Part shown: positions 8,312 through 17,000 of the stretch, in pieces
How the letters are laid out: every line of letters begins with the position of its first letter
Numbering within the stretch: the stretch's first letter is position 1
NCBI GenBank assembly: GCA_040901665.1
Contig: JBBDYK010000203.1
Span: 1 to 33,128, forward strand
DNA length: 33,128 nt
Direction of reading: 5' to 3'
From: Pirellulales bacterium
GTDB lineage: Bacteria; Planctomycetota; Planctomycetia; Pirellulales; PALSA-1355
Made by a program: the position numbers and the translations under genes
The notes under the pieces: generated by a model
Databases searched by the model: none
What the model was told of the DNA's origin: nothing
The model's input: the letters and a program-made list of their open reading frames with translations, nothing else

Positions 8312-11311
8312 ATGTCGCGGTTCCTACTCTCGATTCCTTGCACGCTGGTATTGCTTGCCGCGGCGGCGCGCGCCGACGACGGCGTCCTGTTTCGCCAGCG
8401 CGTCGCGCCCATCTTCGAGCGGCACTGCGTCCGCTGCCACCAGGGCGATGACCCCAAAGGTGGCCTGGCGCTGACCGACCCGAAGCATTTGCACGCGGGC
8501 GGAGAGAGCGGCGCGTCAGTTACATCCGGCCAACCCGACGACAGCCTGCTCTACCAGTATGTGCAGGGCGACAAGCCCCAGATGCCCAAGGACGCTGCAC
8601 CACTATCGGCAGAGGACGTGGGAGCGATTCGCCGCTGGATCGTCGAGGGAGCACCGTGGCCCGAGGGCGTGGTGCTCGCCGATCGGCGCTTGATCGACGG
8701 CAATTGGTGGTCGCTCGTGCCGTTGGCGCGTGTGGTCGCGCCGACGCTAGACGATGATTGGATTCGCACGCCCGTCGATGCGTTCATCCTGGCGAAGCTG
8801 CGCGCCGAAGGAATGGCGCCATCGGCTGAGGCCGATCGTCGCACGCTCATTCGCCGCTTGACCTACGACTTGCACGGCTTGCCACCGACACCGCAGGAAA
8901 TCGATGCGTTCGCCGATGACCGGCTGGAAGGCGCGTATGTGCGTCTGGTCGATCGGCTGTTGGCTTCGCCCCGCTATGGCGAACGTTGGGGCCGGCACTG
9001 GCTGGACGTGGTGCACTATGGTGAATCGCACGGCTACGACAAGGATAAGCCGCGCCCCAATGCTTGGCCCTATCGCGACTATGTGATCCAAAGCTTCAAC
9101 GCCGACAAACCGTACGATCGCTTCGTGGCCGAGCAGATTGCCGGCGACGCGCTGTATCCCCACGATCCGCAAGCACTGGTCGCTACCGGCTTCATCGCGG
9201 CCGGACCTTGGGATTTCGTGGGACACGTCGAGCTGCGCGAAGGAACGGTCGACAAGGACATCGCGCGCTCGAACGATCGCGACGACATGGTGGCCAACGC
9301 GATGTCGACGTTCCTTAGCCTGACGGTCCACTGCGCCCGCTGTCACGATCACAAGTTCGACCCGATACCTCAGCAGGACTACTATGCGTTGCAAGCCGTG
9401 TTCGCCGGCGTCGATCGCGCGGATCGCGCATTCGACGCAGATCCAGCAGTTGGCCAAGAACGTACACGATTGCTGGCGGCAAAGCGTCAACTCGAGACGC
9501 GGCAACGGGCCGTCCAACAAGTGGTCGCGCACGTTACCGGCCCCGAGATCGCGGCACTCGATGAACAACGGGCGGCGTGGCAGAAAGAGCTGGACTCGCT
9601 GCCCGACGAGAAGAAGAGTTCCACGCTGGGATTTCACAGCGCCATCATGCCCGGCCAGGATGAGGCCAAGTGGGTGCAGGTCGACTTGGGCGACTCGCTG
9701 CCGATCGAGGAAGTGGTGCTGGTGCCGGCGCATGTCGTCTATGGTGGGCATGCGGGACCCGGTTTCGGGTTTCCGCCGAATTTCAAGGTCGAAGTTTCCG
9801 ATTCGCCCGACTTCGCAGCGCCGCGAATCATCGCGGATCACACGTCACATGACTATCCGCATCCGGGCGATACGCCGGTGCGCGCCACAGCGTCGGGCAT
9901 TGCGGGCCGATATGTCCGCGTCACTGCTACGCGGCTTTGGAAGCGGACAGAGGACTGGATATTCGCGCTGGCCGAATTGCAGGTGCGCTCCGGGCCGACC
10001 AACGTTGCACTGGGCAAAACGGTGACGGCGCTCGATTCGATCGAAGCGGCGCCAAGCTGGGGCAGAATCAACCTGGTCGATGGCTTCAGTAGCGAGCACG
10101 ATCTCACCATCGGCGATCCGGCGCAGCGAGAATTGTTAGCGGCGCGAATTGCCGCCGCCGATGTGCAGCGCCGCAAGCTGGTCGACGATCGCATGGACGA
10201 ACCAACCCGAATCGAGGTTGCCGCGGTCGAGTCGGCTCTCGCCAACGTTGAACGTCAGTTGAGTGCGTTGCCCACGCAACAAACGATCTATGCGGCCGTC
10301 AGCGCGTTCCAACCGAACGGAGCGTTTCAGCCAGCGAAGGCCACCCGGCCGATCCATCTATTGGCGCGGGGCGACGTGCGCAGTCCCGGACCCTTGGTCG
10401 AACCAGGCGCCGTAGCTTGCGTGCAGGGTTTGCCCGGTACATTCGAGTTGAAGGAGGCCGAGAACGAAGGGCAGCGGCGCGCGGCGTTGGCGCGCTGGCT
10501 CGCCGACGAGCGCAACGCCCTGGTGCGGCGGTCGATCGTCAACCGAGTGTGGCAGTACCACTTTGGGCAAGGACTGGTCGATTCACCCAATGACTTTGGC
10601 CGCATGGGCTCGCAGCCGACACACCCGGAACTGTTGGAGTGGTTGGCCGGTTGGTTCATCGATCACGGCCACTCCATCAAGGAGCTGCACCGGTTGCTGC
10701 TCAAAAGCGCCGTGTATCGGCAGGCTTCGGCGGACAACGCCGAGTACGCGCGGCTCGACGCTGGCAATCGCTACCTGTGGCGCATGAACCGGGCGCGCTT
10801 GGATGCCGAGTGCATTCGCGACGCGATGTTGGCCGTCAATGGGCGGTTGGACCTGACGATGGGTGGTCCAAGCGTGCAGCAGTTCTACTTCAAGGACGAC
10901 CACTCGCCAGTGTATGACTATGCGCGCTTCGAGGTCGACGATCCGCGCAGCCTGCGCCGCAGCGTGTATCGCTTCCTCGTGCGGAGCGTGCCGGACCCGT
11001 TCATGGACTGCCTCGATTGCGCCGACCCATCGATCTTGACGCCCAAGCGAAATACGACACTCACGTCGATCCAGGCCCTGGCGCTTCTGAACAACCCGTT
11101 CTGCGTGCGACAAGCGGAACACTTTGCCCAGCGACTGCGCGGCATGCACCAGGATACTGCCGCTCAGATTGCCGCGGCGTACCGGTTGGCACTTTCGCGC
11201 GAGCCGACGCCGCGCGAATCGGCTGCAGTAGTTGAATACGCCCAGGAGTTTGGGCTGCCTGCCGCGTGCCGGGTGATCTTCAACAGTAACGAGTTTCTGT
11301 TCATCGATTGA
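8312..11311 (+). CDS. Planctomycete cytochrome c / DUF1549 / DUF1553 (PSD1) protein with inserted F5/8C-like domain
   Basis: Signal peptide; CVRCH at 8426-8440; YGERWGRHWLDVV and CARCHDHKFDPI (9332-9346 for CARCH); R.IVNRVWQYHFG.GLV.SPNDFG..G..PTHPELLEWLA; QALALLN; ends NSNEFLFID. Confidence 0.92.
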   Translation: MSRFLLSIPCTLVLLAAAARADDGVLFRQRVAPIFERHCVRCHQGDDPKGGLALTDPKHLHAGGESGASVTSGQPDDSLLYQYVQGDKPQMPKDAAPLSAEDVGAIRRWIVEGAPWPEGVVLADRRLIDGNWWSLVPLARVVAPTLDDDWIRTPVDAFILAKLRAEGMAPSAEADRRTLIRRLTYDLHGLPPTPQEIDAFADDRLEGAYVRLVDRLLASPRYGERWGRHWLDVVHYGESHGYDKDKPRPNAWPYRDYVIQSFNADKPYDRFVAEQIAGDALYPHDPQALVATGFIAAGPWDFVGHVELREGTVDKDIARSNDRDDMVANAMSTFLSLTVHCARCHDHKFDPIPQQDYYALQAVFAGVDRADRAFDADPAVGQERTRLLAAKRQLETRQRAVQQVVAHVTGPEIAALDEQRAAWQKELDSLPDEKKSSTLGFHSAIMPGQDEAKWVQVDLGDSLPIEEVVLVPAHVVYGGHAGPGFGFPPNFKVEVSDSPDFAAPRIIADHTSHDYPHPGDTPVRATASGIAGRYVRVTATRLWKRTEDWIFALAELQVRSGPTNVALGKTVTALDSIEAAPSWGRINLVDGFSSEHDLTIGDPAQRELLAARIAAADVQRRKLVDDRMDEPTRIEVAAVESALANVERQLSALPTQQTIYAAVSAFQPNGAFQPAKATRPIHLLARGDVRSPGPLVEPGAVACVQGLPGTFELKEAENEGQRRAALARWLADERNALVRRSIVNRVWQYHFGQGLVDSPNDFGRMGSQPTHPELLEWLAGWFIDHGHSIKELHRLLLKSAVYRQASADNAEYARLDAGNRYLWRMNRARLDAECIRDAMLAVNGRLDLTMGGPSVQQFYFKDDHSPVYDYARFEVDDPRSLRRSVYRFLVRSVPDPFMDCLDCADPSILTPKRNTTLTSIQALALLNNPFCVRQAEHFAQRLRGMHQDTAAQIAAAYRLALSREPTPRESAAVVEYAQEFGLPAACRVIFNSNEFLFID

Positions 11312-11319
11312 GCAACGCG

Positions 11320-12765
11320 ATGACTAAGCAACCAAGAGCACACACCCGGCGCCGGTTCCTGTGGGAACTCGGAGGGGGATTGGGCGGGATTGCACTTGCG
11401 CAGTTGTTGAGCGATGGCGGAATGCTCGCCGGCGCTCGAGCGGCCGACGCGCCGCGCCTTTCGGTCGGCATGCACCATCCGCCGAAAGCCAAGCGCGTGG
11501 TGCAGATGTTCATGTCCGGCGCTGCCAGCCAGTGCGATACGTTCGATTACAAGCCGGCGTTGATCAAGCTCAACGGTCAGCCGTTCGATCCGGGCGAAAA
11601 GGTCGAGCTGTTTCAGAGCGATCCGGGCGCATGCATGGCCAGTCCCTGGGGCTGGAAGCAGTACGGTCAGTGCGGCAAGTGGATGAGCGACCTGGTGCCG
11701 CATCTGGCCGCATGCGTCGACGACATGGCGTTTGTTCACTCGATGGTTTCCAAGTCGAACGTACACGGTCCGGCCACGTTCATGCAGAATAGCGGCTTCG
11801 TGCTGCCGGGTTTTCCGGCGATGGGAGCCTGGGTTTCCTACGGCTTGGGTAGCATGACCGACGATCTGCCCACCTTCGTCGTGTTGCCCGACGCGCGGGG
11901 CTTTGCGCCCAATGGGCCGGGCAATTGGAGCGCGGGCTTCCTGCCAGCGGCGCACCAGGGCACGCTCATCCGGCCGGCCGCGGAGAATCCAATCGCCGAT
12001 CTGTTTCCACCCGCCGACGCCAGCTTCGTCACGCCCCAGAGCGAAACCGCGGCTTTGGCGCTCTTGAAGGATTTGAACGACGAGCATTTGGCCGGGCGTG
12101 AAAGCGACTCGCGTTTGGAAGCGCGCATTGCCTCCTACGAGCTTGCCGCGCGGCTGCAGTTGAGCGCGCCGGGCGTGCTCGACATTTCGCAGGAAACCCA
12201 GGCCACGCGCCGCATGTACGGCGTCGACGAGAAAAAGACCGAGGACTTTGGCCGCAATTGCCTGATCGCGCGGCGGCTGTTGGAGCGGGGCGTGCGGTTC
12301 GTGCAATTGTGGAGCGGCGCAGACAACGGCTTTCCACGCCGCAACTGGGACAGCCACGAAGATATCGCCCGCGACCACGGCGAGATGGGCGCCAGCATGG
12401 ACAAGCCGGCTGCGGCGCTGCTCAGGGATCTGAAGGCTCGCGGTATGCTGGACGACACGATCGTGATCTGGACCACCGAGTTCGGCCGCATGCCGTGCAG
12501 CCAGGGCGGCAAGGGCCGTGACCACAACCCGTTTGCGTTCACCAGTTGGCTGGCCGGCGGCGGCATCAAGGGGGGCGTCAGCTATGGCCAAAGCGATCAG
12601 TGGTCGTACAAGGCCCAAGAGAATCCCACCTATTGTTACGATCTGCACGCCACGGTATTGCACCTGTTGGGCATCGATCACGAGAAGTTGATCTTCCGCC
12701 ACAACGGCATCGATCGGCGACTGACCGACGTGCACGGCCGCGTCATTCAAGGCGTGCTGGCATGA
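11320..12765 (+). CDS. DUF1501 family protein (Tat-exported, sulfatase-like)
   Basis: TRRRFL twin-arginine signal; AKRVV.MFMSGAASQ.DTFDYKP, ARRLLERGVRFVQL, WDSH, EFGRMP, GRDHNP and RLTDVHG; usual partner of DUF1549/1553 genes; alternative TTG start at 11308. Confidence 0.92.
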   Translation: MTKQPRAHTRRRFLWELGGGLGGIALAQLLSDGGMLAGARAADAPRLSVGMHHPPKAKRVVQMFMSGAASQCDTFDYKPALIKLNGQPFDPGEKVELFQSDPGACMASPWGWKQYGQCGKWMSDLVPHLAACVDDMAFVHSMVSKSNVHGPATFMQNSGFVLPGFPAMGAWVSYGLGSMTDDLPTFVVLPDARGFAPNGPGNWSAGFLPAAHQGTLIRPAAENPIADLFPPADASFVTPQSETAALALLKDLNDEHLAGRESDSRLEARIASYELAARLQLSAPGVLDISQETQATRRMYGVDEKKTEDFGRNCLIARRLLERGVRFVQLWSGADNGFPRRNWDSHEDIARDHGEMGASMDKPAAALLRDLKARGMLDDTIVIWTTEFGRMPCSQGGKGRDHNPFAFTSWLAGGGIKGGVSYGQSDQWSYKAQENPTYCYDLHATVLHLLGIDHEKLIFRHNGIDRRLTDVHGRVIQGVLA

Positions 12766-12843
12766 TGGAATAGCTCAGCGCGGCTGACGCACAGTAACGC
12801 CCAACCGCGAAAACTCATTGCCTATCGTCGGCACGGTTACATC

Positions 12844-14025
12844 ATGCCCAACGCAACACTTCGATTCGCCGCCGCGTATTCCCCGTCGATTGACGTGCAA
12901 TCGGCCTGCAACCAGATCAAGGCGGCTTTGAACGGTCCGATCGACCTGGCATTTGCGTTCGTATCGGCAGCGCATCGCGATGACATGGCGGCGCTGGCCG
13001 TGCAACTGCGCGAACAACTTGGCGCCGCGGCCCTGTTAGGCTGCACGGCCGAATCGCTCGTTTGCAATGACCAGGAGTACGAGCAGCCCGGCGGAGTGGC
13101 GCTGTGGGCCGCGCACATGCCGGGTGGGAGCATCGCGCCGATGCGATTGACCTTTACGCCCACGCCCGAGGGCGGCGCGTTCGTCGGCTGGCCCGAGGAT
13201 CTGCCGGCATCGTGGCCGGCCGGTGCGGCGCTGCTGCTGCTGGCCGATCCGTTCAGTTTCCCGGCCGACGTTCTGTTGTCGCAATTGAACGAAAGTCAAC
13301 CGGGCGTGCCGGTGATCGGCGGCATGGCGAGCGGAGGATGGCAACCGGGCGAAAACCGCTTGCTGTTCGGCGGCGACGCGGTCGACAGCGGCGCCGTGGC
13401 CGTGCTGGTCCATGGACCGGTGGCCGTTACTTCGGTTGTCAGCCAGGGCTGCCGCCCGATCGGGCAGCCGTTCGTCGTGACCAAGGCCGATCGCAACATG
13501 ATTGGCGAGCTCGGCGGCCGTCCGGCGCTCGCGCAGCTCCAGGAACTATTCGACAAACTTTCGACCGACGATCAGCGACTTGCCCGACAAGGGTTGCACG
13601 TAGGACAAGTGATCGACGAGTACCGCGAGACATTTGGTCGCGGCGACTTTCTGGTGCGAAACGTCCAAGGCGCCGATTCGCAAAGCGGCGCAATCGCCAT
13701 CGGAGATTGGGTACGGGTCGGACGAACGGTGCAGTTCCACGTCCGCGACGCAACGACCGCCGACGAAGATCTCGACGCACTCTTGTCCGCGGCGCGACAG
13801 AATGCCGCAGCAAACTGTCTCGGGGCCCTACTGTTCACCTGCAACGGTCGCGGCACGCGACTGTTCGAACAGCCTCATCACGACGCCGCGGCGTTGGCGC
13901 GGAAGTGGCCCAAAGTGCCGACCGCTGGTTTCTTCGCCCAAGGCGAGATCGGCCCGATCGGCGGCAAGAACTTCGTACACGGCTTCACCGCCAGCGCGGC
14001 CCTGTTCGGCCCGGCGGAGGGCTAG
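12844..14025 (+). CDS. FIST N/C domain signal-transduction protein
   Basis: LGCTAE, LLADPFSF, IGGMASG, VSQGCRPIG, FLVRN, VQFHVRD, FTCNGRG and GFFAQGEIGP.G..NFVHGFTAS. Confidence 0.9.
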   Translation: MPNATLRFAAAYSPSIDVQSACNQIKAALNGPIDLAFAFVSAAHRDDMAALAVQLREQLGAAALLGCTAESLVCNDQEYEQPGGVALWAAHMPGGSIAPMRLTFTPTPEGGAFVGWPEDLPASWPAGAALLLLADPFSFPADVLLSQLNESQPGVPVIGGMASGGWQPGENRLLFGGDAVDSGAVAVLVHGPVAVTSVVSQGCRPIGQPFVVTKADRNMIGELGGRPALAQLQELFDKLSTDDQRLARQGLHVGQVIDEYRETFGRGDFLVRNVQGADSQSGAIAIGDWVRVGRTVQFHVRDATTADEDLDALLSAARQNAAANCLGALLFTCNGRGTRLFEQPHHDAAALARKWPKVPTAGFFAQGEIGPIGGKNFVHGFTASAALFGPAEG

Positions 14026-17000
14026 TGCCCCGCGTGACCGTGTCCGTGAGCGCCGCCTTGGAACAGCGGCACATCGGGGTTTCCACGTGCGATCACATAC
14101 GCGATCAGATCCAAGATCTCGTCGCGAGAGAGCTTGTCGAGCAGACCCTTGGGCATGATCGATGACGTGGATTTGTGCCGCGCGGCGATGTCCGTCGGCT
14201 TCAACTCCACAGCGTCGGCTTTCGCCAAGGGGTTCTCGATGACCCTTACGAGCGTTGGTGTCTCTTCCAGCACCAGGCCCGTCAGCACTTTGCCGCTCTC
14301 CAACTCGAAGACGTACGACTGGTACTTCTCGTTGATCCTTGCCGAGGGATCGATCAACTCCTTGAGCACGTCAAGCGATTGCAGTTTGGCATCGAGTTGA
14401 GTCAGGTCCGGACCGAACTGAGCACCCACGTTGTCAAGCTTGTGGCAGGCGACGCAGTTGGCCACGGTGAACATCTGCTTGCCATTGCCGTAGGAGCGGC
14501 CGCTCTTCAGTTCGGAAACAGCGACGGCCAGATCGTCGACCGTCCACTCGGTGCGCGGGCGGCGGTCCGCCAGCAGCGCGTCTTTGATTTCCAGGGGATG
14601 GGCCGCTAAATAGGCCTCGGGGTTGTCCAGGTACGCATCGAGATCGTCCACGACATACAGCGCTCCGTACATGCGCCGCCAGTGGCCCGGATACGTGCAG
14701 ACATACGGATAGACGCCCGGCTCGCTGGGCACGTTGAAGCTCAGCTTTTCGCTGGCGCGGGGCTGTAGCAAAGTACTTGCAAGCAGGATCTTGGTCGAGG
14801 GCGGCACGTAATGACGCTCGGCCGCACCCGGTTGTTGGGCCGTCGCTTCCGCCTCGAGGCCGATCGCTTCCAGGGATCCTGGCTGAGCGATCACGAAATT
14901 GTGCGGCATCAGGTCGCTGTTTTCGAAGACGAACTCCACCGGCTTGCCCGCGCGTACGGCGATCACGTCCTTGTCGTACGACATCCGCTCGAAGAGCGTG
15001 CCGACGCGAATCACTCGCACTCCCAACTCGTTCAGCTCGGCCCGGGCTTGCCTGGCCTCGTTTGCTGGCAACAGCGCGGCCAAGGCATGGCCCAGCTCCA
15101 TCGCGGAGAGCGCCTCGGGCGTCGTCCGCTGCGCCACCGGTACGCTCGCCAGGTATGCGGCGATACTATCCAATAGAGGCCGGGCCTGATCCTTGGGCCA
15201 ATCGGCTTGCCCGATGCGCTGCAGGGCGGCAATGGCAGCGGCACGATCCGTAGCATCGGTGATGCGCGGCGCGAGCAGCGCGAAAGTTTTGGCCTCTTGT
15301 CCGCGGACGTACGTCAGCGCCAGCATGGCCGCGCGCCGAACGGCGCTGGCGGGATCGCCTTCTCCCACTTGGATCGTCGTGCTCGACGCCGGCGCGGCAC
15401 TGCCCTGCCGTTCAAAGACCTGCTGACGATTGCCGTCCAGCAAGGTAAGCGTGAAGCCCTCGAGTCTGCGGCCCAGGTCGCCATCGGTGCGGTTGAAAAC
15501 GATAATGGATTCAATGGGCAGCTCGCGGCCCAGATCGAGCTCCCACCACGGGCGGCCTTCGTTCTCCGCGGTATGCGTTTGACCGCCGGCGGAGTACTCG
15601 CCGCCTTTGTTGCCGTCGATCGCCCGAGAAGCATCGCCGCCATGGGCAGTGCTTTTCTGCGACGCTTTGCCACTACGGGCGACGTTGGCGCCGTCGCTTT
15701 GCACTTCTACCTCGGCCAACGTGAGCGTTCCCCGCGCCGGCAGCTCGATGCGCACATAACGGCCCGAAGCGCTCATAGGAGTTGTGGCCGACGACAACGA
15801 ATCGGGCAACCCGTTCAGAAGCGGTGCGATCCGCTCGAAAAGGCTCGCTCGCACGCTCGCGTCTGGGATGAGCGGCATGGCCTCGACAAAGTCGCGCAGG
15901 CTCTTGGCCGAACCGAGGGCCAATCGCCACGCCTTTTCCGGTGTGCCGTCGACGCTCATCAGCGAAACAAAGCCCACTTGGCGCAACACCGGCTGCCGCG
16001 CCGTCAAGGCGATCCGCTGCAGTTCGGCACGAGCGGGCGCCAATTCCTGGGCGCTGCGGCCGCCGAACAAGCGCGCCAAGTCAAACAGCAGGCTCGCATC
16101 CAGTTGATCGTCGTTGGCATCCAGCGCATCGATCGCCTCCATGACGATCGCCAGTTCCGATTTGTGATCAAGTTCGGCGAGCACGCGCAGCGCGGCGCGG
16201 CGATTCTCGTCCAGCAAGCCCGGTCGACGGAGCATCTCGACGCAAACCGCTCGCGTGCGCTCGAGCTTGACCAGTTGGTTGTTGTCGATGGAACGCAGCA
16301 GGTATTTCCGCCCGGCTTCGGTACTGAACGCCACGTTGTCGCCATCGGCCAGTGCTCGCCGCCAGATGGGCTCGAGCGTCTTGAGCGTTTCTTTGCTGAC
16401 GAAGTCCAGGTACTCGTCGCTCGGCTGCTCGGCCGCGATCACCTGAATCTCCACTGCTTCGGGCACATCGAGAAAGCTCGCGGCGCGGACGGCTTCGAGC
16501 CGCACTCGAGGCGCCGGATCGGCCGCCAGCTTGCGCAGCATGCCGAGTGAATCACTCAGGCGGTCGCGCCAGTAGCAAAGCACGCGCGTGGCCGCTGCCC
16601 GGGCGCGAAAGTCCTGGGCCGTCAGCAAGCAATCCAATAGCGCTGGGTCGACGCTGTTGTGGTGTTGCTTTACCCACAACGCTTCGAGCAAATGGTGCTC
16701 GAACTGCGAATCGCCGGTGTCCAGCGCGGTCACCCACCGATCCACCGCGGCCAGCACTTCATCGCTGCTGCGCGCGCTCAGTTCGAGCTTGGCGCGATAG
16801 CGCACCCGGGCTTCCGGCTCTTTGAGCAATTCGAGCAGCGCGGGGATGGGCTGGCCGGCAATCTTGGGTGGCTGCAGTAGTGGCCGTCCTTCGTACGTCA
16901 CGCGATAGACGCGGCCATGCGTGCGATCGCGGCTTGGATCGCGCAAGTTGTGTTGCATGTGGCCGATGATCGGGTTTTGCCAATCGGTGAAGTACACGGC

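Noticed and set aside
11164-12750. 528-aa antisense ORF, and similar long shadow ORFs such as 15207-16550, 5953-7086, 8747-9841, 18051-19187 and 23779-24918
   Set aside because: They overlap well-supported genes, have no recognisable motifs, and are expected from codon bias in high-GC DNA.
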